Below, one piece after another: positions 40,706-51,133 of a stretch of 64,000 nucleotides of DNA. The notes beneath the pieces were generated by a model that saw only the letters and a program-made list of their open reading frames with translations, did no database searches and was not told the origin of the DNA. The position numbers and the translations under genes are program-made. The stretch is from Candidatus Levyibacteriota bacterium (GTDB taxonomy: Bacteria; Patescibacteriota; Microgenomatia; Levybacterales; UBA12049). The first letter of the stretch is position 1, and every line of letters begins with the position of its first letter. Location of the stretch: assembly GCA_027459745.1 (NCBI GenBank), contig DAIDHL010000004.1, positions 15,240 through 79,239 on the forward strand, given 5' to 3'.

Positions 40706-43132
40706 ATGAACCTGCCATTTTTTTCAAAGGGGAAACCAAAAACTCAAATCAGCTATTTCCTCGCTTTAACTCTACGCGATGAACAAATAGGAGCATACGT
40801 TCTTAAAGAAGAAGAAAGTAAGTTACACCTTATAGGTAAAAGTGAGGAGACATTAGATAAATCCATCGAACAACTAGATTTTAAAAATTGGATCGATATT
40901 TTAGATCGCACGATCAGTCAAGCAGAAAATTCATTACCCAAAAATGTCATGACGCGCAACACCATGTTTGGCGTCAAAGAAAGCTGGGTAGAGGAAAATA
41001 AAATCAAAACAGATTATCTACACAAACTCAAACAGGTTTGTGATGAATTAGGCTTACAGCCAACCGGTTTTTTGGTTATATCCGAAGCAATAGCTCACCG
41101 TTTGCAACAGGAAGAAGGAGCGCCTCTAACCGCTATCTTAGTAGAAATTGGCAAAAGCCAGATGACTGTTTCCCATGTTAGAGCAGGAAAAATCTTAGAA
41201 ACTAAACACACTATAATTATTGAATCGGCTGCGAGAACGCTTGATGCTTTACTCAAACACTTTATTACCGCTACTGTGCTACCAGCCAGAATTATTTTGT
41301 TTGATGGAAATAATACAGAAAATTTGACACAAGAGTTTATTGCACATCAGTGGAGTAAGAGTTTGCCTTTTCTTCACATGCCACAGATCACCCCTCTACC
41401 TCATGGTTTCGATGCACGCTCAGTCATCCTAGGGGCTGCTGAACAAATGGGACTACAAGTTTCTAGTGATATTAACATGGCAGGATTGCCAGAAAAGTCA
41501 GCTGAGGTGCCTCCTTCATTAATGGATAATTTACAGCCTGTGGCTCCAATTATTGATACCAATAATAATCAATCGACATCCGAAATCCTTCCCACTGGTG
41601 AGGAATCAACTGACACCATGGCACGTGAGTTTGAAAAAAGATTAAGCGAAAGATTAAACGAAGAAGACCACAGTCAAGAAAAAACTGTCGAAGATACCGC
41701 TGTTGTTACAGCTGAAGAATTTGGATTTGTAAAGGGAATCGATATTACGACTTTGCCCCATAAAGAAACACCAACAATGACTGAAAATAAGAATTCCGAA
41801 TTATCCGAAAGTTTAAAAGTTCAGCCAGATTATAACAATGACTACACAAGCCATAATCTTGAGACAGCAGCAGAATCTACAAAATCACATAAGACATTCT
41901 CACTGACAGCTTTGCCTTTAAATTTGGAATTTATAAAAAAACTTTTTCATAAATTTATCACAGACAAATCAGACTCTCCTGTAGAGTCTGGAATACCACG
42001 CTGGCTGATTATAGTTCCAGCAGTTTTGCTGGTAATAGTTGCAGGAATCATCTGGTATATTTTCAATGTCAAAGCTACGGTTGATCTTACGCTCAAGCCG
42101 AAAATTGTCGAGGAACAAGGGACTATCACTTTTGCTCTAGGTTCTGGTAATGACTTTTCTAATGATACAGTTGGAGCTCAAGATGTCTCAGTTGACTTAA
42201 GCGGGACTGCCAGTACTACCACTACCGGCAGTAAAGATGTAGGAACTCCTGCCAAGGGTGCAGTCACTGTTTATAATAATTCTGACAGTCCTGAAACCCT
42301 AGCTTCAGGTACCACTGTCACCTCAACAAACAATCTTGTGTTTACCCTGGATAATGATGTGACTATTGCTTCAGCCTCAGGAGATGTTTTCAGCGGTACC
42401 AAACCAGGGACTGCTGATGTAAATGTCACAGCCAAAGATATCGGTTCTCAATATAATCTTCCTTCGGGTATGACATTTTCTATCAACGCCGGCAATTCAG
42501 TAGCTGCTAAAAATAATAATGCTTTCAGTGGAGGAAGTAAAAAAACTGTTACAGTTGTCTCTCAGGCAGATATTAATAAGTTATTAACTTCTCTACCTCA
42601 AAGTCTAACAGACAAGGCGAAGAGTCAATTACAAAGCCAGATCTCAGGTGATCAAACACTTTTACCCGGCATAATCAGTCAGGAATTTAAGTCTAAATCT
42701 TTTAATCACAATCTTGGAGATCAAACTAATTCAGTCACACTTACAGCAACTATTACATTTCACGGGGCGGCATATAAAAGCCAAGACTTACAAGATTTAG
42801 CCAAAACTATGTTAAAAGATAAATTTACAGGGAATTCATCTTTATCTGATAAAGGAATTACGGCTAACGTTAACAAATTGCAACCATCTTCTGATGGTAA
42901 ATCTATCGGCGCAACTCTTGACTTACAAGCTGGACTTCTACCCAATATTGATACTTCAAGTTTAGTTACACAAATCACTGGTAAAACTGCTAATCAAGCC
43001 ACACAAATTCTAAATGGGATACCCCAAATTGAATCAAGTACCATCCAGCTCAGCCCGCATATTCCCCTGATACCACAAATTTTGCCACGCTTTTCCAAAC
43101 ACATCATAATTGAAGTCAACGGAAATGGCTAA
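40706..43132 (+). CDS. Bitopic protein: N-terminal actin-like (FtsA/PilM-type) domain, acidic linker, TM, C-terminal baseplate-J-like domain
   Basis: YFLALTL, ILVEIGKS, RIILFDG actin-fold pattern; one TM (IIVPAVLLVIVAGIIW); AKGAVTVYN...TLASGT...VTAKDIGSQYN...FSGG pattern. Confidence 0.6.
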   Translation: MNLPFFSKGKPKTQISYFLALTLRDEQIGAYVLKEEESKLHLIGKSEETLDKSIEQLDFKNWIDILDRTISQAENSLPKNVMTRNTMFGVKESWVEENKIKTDYLHKLKQVCDELGLQPTGFLVISEAIAHRLQQEEGAPLTAILVEIGKSQMTVSHVRAGKILETKHTIIIESAARTLDALLKHFITATVLPARIILFDGNNTENLTQEFIAHQWSKSLPFLHMPQITPLPHGFDARSVILGAAEQMGLQVSSDINMAGLPEKSAEVPPSLMDNLQPVAPIIDTNNNQSTSEILPTGEESTDTMAREFEKRLSERLNEEDHSQEKTVEDTAVVTAEEFGFVKGIDITTLPHKETPTMTENKNSELSESLKVQPDYNNDYTSHNLETAAESTKSHKTFSLTALPLNLEFIKKLFHKFITDKSDSPVESGIPRWLIIVPAVLLVIVAGIIWYIFNVKATVDLTLKPKIVEEQGTITFALGSGNDFSNDTVGAQDVSVDLSGTASTTTTGSKDVGTPAKGAVTVYNNSDSPETLASGTTVTSTNNLVFTLDNDVTIASASGDVFSGTKPGTADVNVTAKDIGSQYNLPSGMTFSINAGNSVAAKNNNAFSGGSKKTVTVVSQADINKLLTSLPQSLTDKAKSQLQSQISGDQTLLPGIISQEFKSKSFNHNLGDQTNSVTLTATITFHGAAYKSQDLQDLAKTMLKDKFTGNSSLSDKGITANVNKLQPSSDGKSIGATLDLQAGLLPNIDTSSLVTQITGKTANQATQILNGIPQIESSTIQLSPHIPLIPQILPRFSKHIIIEVNGNG

Positions 43133-43877
43133 TAAGTATTACTACCACAAAAGAGATATTCAAAAAATCCGGGAAATTGTCCGTTATATTGGTTTAGCAA
43201 TTTTTTTAACTGGTATTTTGGGCTTGCTTTATGTTTTTTTCCCATTAGTATCCTGGCAGATCTATTTAGTTCCACAATTAGCTTCACAGGACGTGGTCTC
43301 ACCTATACCTGATCAATCAGTACTATCTTCTAATTCGGTCGGGTCTTTGATACAAGATTCTATAAAAGATATCGGAGTAAATTACTCTAATGCAAATAAT
43401 TGGTTTCCCGGATACGCTCCTGAGAATTCTAGTAAATCTTCCTCTGTGCATATTTTTTATCTTTCCATTCCAGCCTTGAATATTTATCATGCAACTGTAA
43501 GTAATGCAGATAATGATTTGGATCATCATTTGGTAAATTTCGCCGGTACAGCTTCTCCCCCTGAAAAAGGCAATACAGTTATATTTGGTCATTCAACTCT
43601 ACCTCAGTGGTTTGATCCGCATAACTACAAGGCTATCTTTGCCACCGCTCTCAATTTAAAAGTTGGCGATAAAATTATTGCTACAGTTAATGGAGCAGAT
43701 TATAACTATGTCATTGATAACATCAGCATTGTTAATGCAGATGACTACACGCCTTTAGAACAACAATATGATGATAGTTATATGACAATTATCACCTGTA
43801 CCCCACCTGGAACTACCTGGAAACGCCTTGTTATTCATTCTCGTCTTGCAAAGTTAACAAATTCTTCTCTACAATAG
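43125..43877 (+). CDS. Sortase
   Basis: N-terminal TM, GNTVIFGHS, catalytic TIITCTP and downstream KRLVI arginine. Confidence 0.92.
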   Translation: MANKYYYHKRDIQKIREIVRYIGLAIFLTGILGLLYVFFPLVSWQIYLVPQLASQDVVSPIPDQSVLSSNSVGSLIQDSIKDIGVNYSNANNWFPGYAPENSSKSSSVHIFYLSIPALNIYHATVSNADNDLDHHLVNFAGTASPPEKGNTVIFGHSTLPQWFDPHNYKAIFATALNLKVGDKIIATVNGADYNYVIDNISIVNADDYTPLEQQYDDSYMTIITCTPPGTTWKRLVIHSRLAKLTNSSLQ

Positions 43878-44004
43878 AGATATTAATAGAAGGTTTGTCG
43901 TAGTTTCGAGTCGGAGGACTGATTGTCTATTTTTAGAATCAACAACTTGAGCTTGAGCAAAGATTTTAATATTTTTATACTCAACTCGTTTTATTTTCAA
44001 ACTT

Positions 44005-44160
44005 ATGAATCCCAACATTACTACTCGTTTTCAAGCTGTGATGAAACAAATCTGGCCTACTGTATATAAAATAATCAACAGCACGATATATTTTTTAATT
44101 GAACTCATTCGCTCTGCAGTAAGGATTGCAATAGAACAAATCAAAAACGGTGGTGCATAA
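44005..44160 (+). CDS. Small amphipathic protein, 51 aa (below the ORF-track cutoff)
   Basis: MNPNITTRFQAVMKQIWPTVYKIINSTIYFLIELIRSAVRIAIEQIKNGGA*; clean ATG-TAA filling an intergenic gap. Confidence 0.6.
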   Translation: MNPNITTRFQAVMKQIWPTVYKIINSTIYFLIELIRSAVRIAIEQIKNGGA

Positions 44161-44206
44161 ATAGTTATAAAGATGGAATTTATAACGTTTATAAATCTTT
44201 CTCTCT

Positions 44207-45484
44207 ATGGATGAAAAAGAATTAGCCTTAGAAGCAATAAGAAAAAAATTAGTTGGTAAAAAACTTTCTTACAAGGAAATTTATGCCATTATGGATGAAA
44301 TTTCACATCAACGTTTTAGTACGGTTCTCACAACCTACTTTACTGCTTCAGGTTATTCGAATGGTTTTACGGATGATGAGATCTTTTATCTAACTAAAGC
44401 CATGGTAGAAACAGGCGATCAGCTCCATTTTAAAGGCATTGTTGCAGACAAGCATTCTATCGGTGGTATCTCTGGTACAAGGACTACCATGATAGTCGTT
44501 CCCATAGTCTCTTCTGCTGGTTTTACTATTCCGAAAAGTTCCAGTCGCGCCATCACCACCCCCGGAGGAACAGCTGATGATATGGAAGTCATCGCACCAG
44601 TAATTTTTAACAAAGAACAAATTTATAAAATCGTAGAAAATACTAATGGTTGTATTGTCTGGGGCGGTAGTGTGAATATTGCCCCCGCTGACGATATTAT
44701 TATCAAGGTAGAAGAGCCATTGATGTTTGAAAGCTTTGACAAAATCCTGGTATCTATCATGGCCAAAAAAGTAGCATTTGGTTCTAATCATGTAGTAATT
44801 GATCTCCCTTATGGTAAATTAGTTAAAGTCCATTCTTTATCTGATGCTAACGTTCTTAAAAAGAAATTCGAGACTCTGGCTGCAAAGTTTGATATTAAAA
44901 TAAAAGTGCTGGTAAGTGAGACAGATCAGCCGGCTGGCAGAGGAATTGGCCCGCTTTTAGAAGCCAGAGAAGCCATTAGAGTTTTAGAACAACACACTAG
45001 TCGCCCTTTAGATTTGGAAGAGCGTGCCTTAAGTTTGGCAGGAAACTTACTTGACTTATGTTTGGCGGATAGTAGTCAAGATTTACAGAAAAAAATTAAA
45101 AGTGAATTCGGTGACGGTTATAACTGGGCTAAGTCTTTATTAGCTAACGGACAAGCACACAAGAAAATGTCTGAAATTATTAAAGCTCAGGGAGGAAACC
45201 CGGATTTAGTGAGCGAGGATTTAAAACCCGGGAAGTATGCACATGAAATTTTATCACCTCATACCGGGAAGATTACAGAATTCCAGATCATAAATAGTAC
45301 TGTACTGGCCAAGCTCTTAGGAGCACCTCATAGAAAAAGAGCTGGCATTTACTTACATAAAAAATTAGGAGAAAGTGTTGAAAAAAATGAGATATTGTGT
45401 ACACTATACAGTGATAGTCAAACTGATATGCACGAAGCCATTGAAACTCTAAATAATTTGCCTTTATATACTATCGCGAGATAG
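44207..45484 (+). CDS. AMP/nucleoside-monophosphate phosphorylase (archaeal-type thymidine phosphorylase family)
   Basis: DKHSIGG, IPKSSSRAITTPGGTAD, IVWGGSVNIAPADDIII, GRGIGP.LEA. Confidence 0.85.
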   Translation: MDEKELALEAIRKKLVGKKLSYKEIYAIMDEISHQRFSTVLTTYFTASGYSNGFTDDEIFYLTKAMVETGDQLHFKGIVADKHSIGGISGTRTTMIVVPIVSSAGFTIPKSSSRAITTPGGTADDMEVIAPVIFNKEQIYKIVENTNGCIVWGGSVNIAPADDIIIKVEEPLMFESFDKILVSIMAKKVAFGSNHVVIDLPYGKLVKVHSLSDANVLKKKFETLAAKFDIKIKVLVSETDQPAGRGIGPLLEAREAIRVLEQHTSRPLDLEERALSLAGNLLDLCLADSSQDLQKKIKSEFGDGYNWAKSLLANGQAHKKMSEIIKAQGGNPDLVSEDLKPGKYAHEILSPHTGKITEFQIINSTVLAKLLGAPHRKRAGIYLHKKLGESVEKNEILCTLYSDSQTDMHEAIETLNNLPLYTIAR

Positions 45485-45491
45485 CAGCAAA

Positions 45492-46475
45492 ATGCACAGA
45501 CGCAGATCTCACTCAAATATGAATAGATTAGCTGTTTTTTTTACTATTGTATTGGTGATTATAGCCGGAGCAGGGGTTGTGTGGTGGAATCATGGTTCTG
45601 GTGCGCTTAACCCTAATGATACCTCAGCCAAGTTATTTGTGGTCCAATCTGGAGAATCATTACGAGAAATTGCCGGCTCACTGCAGCAAAATAATTTAAT
45701 TGTTGATACCAATATCTTCTACCTTATTGTTAAACAAAATAATCTAGAAAATAAGTTACAAGCTGGTGAGTTTAAATTGTCCGCTAGTATGACCCCCCTA
45801 CAAATCGCCCAGACATTAACTAAAGGTAGTCTCAATGTCTGGATCACAATCCCAGAAGGTAAGCGTGCTACAGAGATCGCCCAAATTTTACAGGCACATT
45901 TTCCCCAATATACCCCTGACTGGGAACAAAAATTAATTTCACAAGAAGGCTATTTATTCCCCGACACCTACCTTTTTCCCCAAGACGTCACGATTGATCA
46001 GATAATTAGCACAATGAGAAATAATTTTAACAAAAAGTTTGATAGTGTACCTACTAATCCCGACAATCCATTTACAGAAAAACAAATTGTTACAGTTGCC
46101 TCTTTAGTGGAACGGGAAGCAAAATATCCTGAAGATAGACCCCTAGTCGCATCTGTGATCTATAATCGTTTAAATTCGGGTATGCCACTACAAATCGATG
46201 CCTCTATTCAGTATGCAATGGGTACTCCTTCAAATTGGTGGCCTGTATTGACCGATAGTGGCGGTAATATTCTTCCAAATTCTGCATATAATACATACAC
46301 TAGAACTGGTTTGCCCCCAACTCCTATCTCAAATCCCGGATTAAGTTCACTGGCAGCGGCTATAAAACCAAACCAATCCAGTTATCTTTATTATGTCTCT
46401 GATAAGAATGGACATAACCATTATGAAACAACTCTTAGTCAACATAACGCTGATATCACCAGATACGGATTGTAA
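45492..46475 (+). CDS. mltG: Endolytic transglycosylase MltG
   Basis: ITIPEG, EGYLFPDTY, ASLVEREA, LQIDAS, YNTY..TGLPPTPISNPG. Confidence 0.95.
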   Translation: MHRRRSHSNMNRLAVFFTIVLVIIAGAGVVWWNHGSGALNPNDTSAKLFVVQSGESLREIAGSLQQNNLIVDTNIFYLIVKQNNLENKLQAGEFKLSASMTPLQIAQTLTKGSLNVWITIPEGKRATEIAQILQAHFPQYTPDWEQKLISQEGYLFPDTYLFPQDVTIDQIISTMRNNFNKKFDSVPTNPDNPFTEKQIVTVASLVEREAKYPEDRPLVASVIYNRLNSGMPLQIDASIQYAMGTPSNWWPVLTDSGGNILPNSAYNTYTRTGLPPTPISNPGLSSLAAAIKPNQSSYLYYVSDKNGHNHYETTLSQHNADITRYGL

Positions 46476-46509
46476 TCTAATAGTCAGGAGACAGTAGAGG
46501 TTATTAAAT

Positions 46510-46896
46510 CTATTTTTTAACGGCTTTTCTGAAGAATTTGTGACCGGAAGTTATTCTTCTTACAGGTTGAGCAGGTTTTGCAGGTACTACTTTTTCTTCC
46601 GAAACTTGTTCATCTGGCATTTCACTTTCCAGCGGTTCGTCCATTTCGTCTTCGGGATCAATAATTTCTCCATCATCTTCCATAGCGCGTAAAATGTCCT
46701 CAACTTCATTGAATTTGCTCATACCTTCTTCAGATAAGGTTTGTAAAATTTGCCTTCCTTTTTTGGTGGTAAACATGAGGGTAACTAATACACCTACGAC
46801 TAAACCCAGAACGAACCCGTTCAACGAAGAACCAGATTTTATTTGTTGTACAGGCAGATATTCATTATTCTTCATGGTGTCGGTCTTTATGTTCAT
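46510..46896 (-). CDS. YtxH-like membrane-anchored protein
   Basis: GFVLGLVVG..VTLMFTTKKGRQI pattern followed by an acidic region. Confidence 0.65.
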   Translation of the reverse strand: MNIKTDTMKNNEYLPVQQIKSGSSLNGFVLGLVVGVLVTLMFTTKKGRQILQTLSEEGMSKFNEVEDILRAMEDDGEIIDPEDEMDEPLESEMPDEQVSEEKVVPAKPAQPVRRITSGHKFFRKAVKK

Positions 46897-47161
46897 CTCG
46901 TTTCAAGAATGTCTTAATAATTTTTGCCACCGCCATAAACGAGCCAGAACTGACCAATCCACTTATTCCTCCCAAAGATGACAAAGGCTTTGAGACTGCA
47001 TCAGCAATAGTATCGGCAGTATCCAGTACTTTGTTGGCCTTGAAAAGAGTGTGACGAACCTCGCGAAGAATGAAGAAGACTTGTACACCAAGCACTACCA
47101 ACAATAACGTAAGAACGATAATTACAAATAACAGAACAAGTTGGACAGAGTCAATGTTCAT
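46865..47161 (-). CDS. DUF948/YtxG-like protein
   Basis: N-terminal TM then a coiled coil (LREVRHTLFKANKVLD); paired with the YtxH-like gene. Confidence 0.6.
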   Translation of the reverse strand: MNIDSVQLVLLFVIIVLTLLLVVLGVQVFFILREVRHTLFKANKVLDTADTIADAVSKPLSSLGGISGLVSSGSFMAVAKIIKTFLKRDEHKDRHHEE

Positions 47162-47321
47162 ATTTATACCGCGAAGCCAAGTACGACTTGTCGATGAGTA
47201 TATCTACTTTACTAGCAATTAAGTTGAGTGTCAATATAACAAACAGAAACAATCATTTTTCATTAAAGCAAAATATGTAAAAAGATGTCTAAGAAATTAA
47301 CTACTTCCTATGCACTATAAC

Positions 47322-47948
47322 TTATTTTACTTCCACGGTACGATCAATGATGGTAGTTTTACCATAATGATTTTGTGCAGTAATCTCAATCTGAGTACTA
47401 CCGGGGAGCAGCGTCAAGTCTTTGAAGAAATTACCATTTTGATCTACGGTGACCATTTCACCGTTTACTAACACTAAATCATTGGGATCTGTACTACCTT
47501 TAACCTCAATATTAGCAGGCACTACTGAGTTGTCTGTAGGACTGTTGACCTGTAAAAAAGGGCTAAAAAAAACTGATCTATATTGGAAAACTAAATAACT
47601 TAATAAAAATAAACAAATAACTACTAAAGCGATACTAGAGCGCTGGATACGCAACGTTTTGTGTTTATATTTCTCTTGGGCAAAACTATCCGGTAGCACT
47701 TTGTTAGTTTTTTTAGGATCGAACTCTCTATGAAATAAAGCTAAAGCCTCGCGACGAGGAATACCTAAATAAGAAGCATAATTGGTTACAAATCCTTGAG
47801 CATAGGTAGCTGAAGGTAATTTAGCATATTCATCACTCTCAATAGCAGAAAGAAAAGCAGGGCGGATTTTAGTAGCAGAAGATACTTCTTCCAGCGAAAG
47901 ACCTTTTTTTCTTCTCTCTTCTGACAATAATTCCCCTAGATGAACCAT
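47322..47948 (-). CDS. RodZ-like HTH-TM protein with a C-terminal Ig-like domain
   Basis: LGELLSEERRKKGLSLEEVS.ATKI...AIE...LP..TYAQGF..NYA.YLG; follows ftsK. Confidence 0.8.
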   Translation of the reverse strand: MVHLGELLSEERRKKGLSLEEVSSATKIRPAFLSAIESDEYAKLPSATYAQGFVTNYASYLGIPRREALALFHREFDPKKTNKVLPDSFAQEKYKHKTLRIQRSSIALVVICLFLLSYLVFQYRSVFFSPFLQVNSPTDNSVVPANIEVKGSTDPNDLVLVNGEMVTVDQNGNFFKDLTLLPGSTQIEITAQNHYGKTTIIDRTVEVK

Positions 47949-47954
47949 ACCTTA

Positions 47955-47989
47955 GAATAATGAATTATGTAATACGAATTACGAATAAT
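47955..47989. repeat. Degenerate heptamer array, 5 units
   Basis: GAATAAT GAATTAT GTAATAC GAATTAC GAATAAT. Confidence 0.6.
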
Positions 47990-48042
47990 CAAGTAGAATA
48001 ATATTTAGATATTTTTTATTCTACTTACTATATAATACTGCT

Positions 48043-50178
48043 CTATTGTGGCGTATTCAAACTCTGCAAAAATTCTTCTGCGTCATGTACCAAAACATCG
48101 CGGGGTTTCGCACCCTCTGAATGACCTACTACTCCTGCTTCTTCTAACATATCAATCAAGCGTGCAGCTTTCGCATAACCAATGGACATTTTTCGCTGTA
48201 AGAAAGAAGAAGAAGCTTGTTTAAACTGACAAACGATACGCACTGCCTGTTCAAAATCAGCATCATGCCCATCTGCACCTATACCGCTACCCTTTTTACC
48301 AGTAGAAACGGGTTGGTTAATAATTTCTTCTGTATACTCAACTGCTACATTTTTAGACTTCAAAAACTCTACCAATTTCTTGGTTTCTTTTTCAGATACA
48401 AATGCGCCCTGTATACGAGTCGGCTTGGCCTGATCTGGCGGCACATACAACATATCCCCACGGCCTAGCAATTTTTCGGCTCCCGGCATGTCAAGAATAA
48501 CTCTAGAGTCAATCATAGAAGATACATTAAAGGCGACACGACTAGGGATATTAGCTTTGATCAAGCCGGTAATAACATTCACCGAAGGACGCTGCGTCGC
48601 GATAACCAGATGGATACCCACAGCACGGGCCATCTGTGCCAAACGTGTAATTGTATCTTCAACTTCTACCGGTGCAAACATCATCAAATCCGCTAACTCG
48701 TCAATGATGATAACTATATAAGGCATGGCCTGAAAACCTGAAAGTTCATTATAGGAATCAATGTTACGCACTCCTCTGTCGGCAAAAATCTTGTATCTTC
48801 TATCCATTTCTCCTGTGGCCCATTTTAAAGCAGAAAGGATTTTTTCCACATCTACAATCACCGGAGTTAACAGATGCGGAATACCGTTGTAGGTAGTTAA
48901 CTCCACTCGTTTTGGATCAATTAAGATCATTTTTACTTCTTGAGGCGAAGCTCGGAATAGTAATGAGGTAATAAAAGCATTCATCAACACAGATTTTCCC
49001 GAACCGGTAGTTCCAGCGATCAATACATGCGGCATTCTAGAAATATCAGCCACCAGGGGAGCACCTGAAACGTCCAGACCTAGTGAGACAGCCAATTTAG
49101 ATTTACTCTTTTGCATTACTGTGGAGGCCAGCATCGTCTTCAAGGTCACGACTTCCAATGAGCGATTAGGAATTTCAATTCCTACTAGATTGCGTCCAGG
49201 AATTGGGGCTTCAATACGAATTTGTCCGGTGGGTGCTTCAGTTGCCAAAGCCAAGTCATTGGCCAGAGAAGTAATTTTGGAGACTTTAGTACCCAAAGCA
49301 ATTTCCAAAGCATATTGAGTAACCGCCGGACCCAAATTTACTTCTGCCACCCGGGCATCGACTCCAAAACTAGATAGAGTTTTTTCAATTAAAGAAGCAA
49401 TCTTGTTGATATCGCCACGATCTGCTTTTTTGCCGGGATCATCTGATAGGAGAGACAATGGAGGGTATTCCCAAATACCTGACCCACTTAGGGCATTTGC
49501 TACTAACTTGTCAGATAATAATTCCCCATTTGGCCTTTTATCATTGGTTAGAATTGATGAATCTACTGCTTTTGCTAATGCCGGTTGGGCTGTCTTAACC
49601 ACCTGCATATCCGTTTTTTGGCCACCTTTTATTGTCAGTGGTTTATGAGAAAAACCTTCTTTACTTTTTCGTAAACCTTTAAATAAGCCAAAGGGCATGA
49701 GGCGTACACTATTTTTGGCAATTGAACTAAATATATAAGCAATCTCATCTACTGAAGTATCAAAAAAGACAATTATACCGACGAATATTCCCGCGATATA
49801 AACGACATCTGCAAATGCTTTATTGACAATATCCGATACTATTTGAAACATACCCGTTCCTATGGAACCACTGCGGGAAAGCGCAAGTAAGCTGACAAAA
49901 AAAAGCAGATAGCCAATTGCAACATTTATCTTGGAAAGATAAAACTTTAAATGAAAGAAAAGTAGTGCAAAGAAAATTAATACAAGCGGAAATAAAAATG
50001 CCACACTGCCGAACTTATCATTAAGCATCGTATTCACGGACAACAACAAACTGTTATTTTTACCATATGATAAATAAAGTAATGCCGCTACCAACAAAAA
50101 GCCTACCGCAAATAGGTTATATACAGTATTCTTTTTAAGCTTTAACTTAAATTTTTTTCGATGACCGCGTCTAGCCAT
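48043..50178 (-). CDS. ftsK: DNA translocase FtsK/SpoIIIE
   Basis: 4 TM helices, PHVLIAGTTGSGKS, IIDELADLM, ATQRPSV, gamma domain QRKMSIGYAKAARLID. Confidence 0.96.
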   Translation of the reverse strand: MARRGHRKKFKLKLKKNTVYNLFAVGFLLVAALLYLSYGKNNSLLLSVNTMLNDKFGSVAFLFPLVLIFFALLFFHLKFYLSKINVAIGYLLFFVSLLALSRSGSIGTGMFQIVSDIVNKAFADVVYIAGIFVGIIVFFDTSVDEIAYIFSSIAKNSVRLMPFGLFKGLRKSKEGFSHKPLTIKGGQKTDMQVVKTAQPALAKAVDSSILTNDKRPNGELLSDKLVANALSGSGIWEYPPLSLLSDDPGKKADRGDINKIASLIEKTLSSFGVDARVAEVNLGPAVTQYALEIALGTKVSKITSLANDLALATEAPTGQIRIEAPIPGRNLVGIEIPNRSLEVVTLKTMLASTVMQKSKSKLAVSLGLDVSGAPLVADISRMPHVLIAGTTGSGKSVLMNAFITSLLFRASPQEVKMILIDPKRVELTTYNGIPHLLTPVIVDVEKILSALKWATGEMDRRYKIFADRGVRNIDSYNELSGFQAMPYIVIIIDELADLMMFAPVEVEDTITRLAQMARAVGIHLVIATQRPSVNVITGLIKANIPSRVAFNVSSMIDSRVILDMPGAEKLLGRGDMLYVPPDQAKPTRIQGAFVSEKETKKLVEFLKSKNVAVEYTEEIINQPVSTGKKGSGIGADGHDADFEQAVRIVCQFKQASSSFLQRKMSIGYAKAARLIDMLEEAGVVGHSEGAKPRDVLVHDAEEFLQSLNTPQ

Positions 50179-50314
50179 AGGCAAGGATAACCAGTTCATG
50201 ATAGCACAAATCGACTGCTCTGACAAAGTCAAGCTTACTTGATCCAGGCTGATAATTCAGTAATTATTCAGTCTTTTTTATCAAAATTAGTAGCTTAGAT
50301 TAAATCAATTTTTT

Positions 50315-51037
50315 TTGTCTGGAATGTCGAGGCTTTTGGGTGTAAAATCAAATAGTATGATTGAAATAATTAGAGGTTATATAAAAAAATTGACACTAAA
50401 AATAAAGCGCATGCGTGTTCAAAAGATGCATATCGATTATGTAGCCGGTTTGTTAACAATTCCTGTGTTATTGACTGCAGTTTTGGTCAATTTTGGTAAT
50501 TTGAATAAGAATGAAAAAGCTCCTACTACTACCACTCCCAGTCCGCAAGTAATTATCGTTACTACTGCCCCTAATAGTAATGCCAATACCCCTAACGCAC
50601 AAACATCACAAACTACACCTACTCCAATTTGCATGAAGTCGGTTGGTCCAGTCAGCATTACCTCACCCACTGAAGGACAAGCTGTGAGTGATAATCCTGT
50701 CTGTATCCAGATCGATTATTCTGACAGTAGTTATTGTTCTGTGGTCTGGTCTTACCGCATCAATGGTGGTTCCTGGTCTGATTTTAATAATAATTCTCCA
50801 TGTCTATATAATCTTTCCAACGGCAATGTTCAATTTCAACTCAGGGTTAACAGTACAGTTTCCAGTGACAGTACTACCTTGACCAGAAATTTTGTTTATA
50901 ACGGGGCAAATAATCCTGTCAGCACTCCTACCCCCACTAATACTCCAACTCCTACTCCCACCAACACACCTACTCCCACAGCTACACCTACGCTAGCCGC
51001 GACTCCCACCGTTGTGGCCCCCACAAAAGCACAATAA
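50315..51037 (+). CDS. Membrane-anchored Ig-like protein with P/T repeats; start uncertain, perhaps 50357
   Basis: TM segment, ITSPTEG Ig-like start, Cys pairs, PTNTPTP repeats. Confidence 0.7.
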   Translation: MSGMSRLLGVKSNSMIEIIRGYIKKLTLKIKRMRVQKMHIDYVAGLLTIPVLLTAVLVNFGNLNKNEKAPTTTTPSPQVIIVTTAPNSNANTPNAQTSQTTPTPICMKSVGPVSITSPTEGQAVSDNPVCIQIDYSDSSYCSVVWSYRINGGSWSDFNNNSPCLYNLSNGNVQFQLRVNSTVSSDSTTLTRNFVYNGANNPVSTPTPTNTPTPTPTNTPTPTATPTLAATPTVVAPTKAQ

Positions 51038-51040
51038 ATT

Positions 51041-51133
51041 AGTATTGTTGTATCTTGTATTAAGTATTAAGGGGGAATATGCAGCGAATTACATTTTTTA
51101 TACTTTATACATAATACTAACTACTTTATACTT
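51041..51133. repeat. Inverted pair of degenerate heptamer arrays
   Basis: Left arm has GTAT at about 7-nt spacing, right arm has ATAC at 7-nt spacing; lies between convergent genes. Confidence 0.6.

Noticed and set aside
50920-51000. DNA repeats in the P/T-rich tail
   Set aside because: Explained by PTNTPT protein linker repeats with synonymous variation
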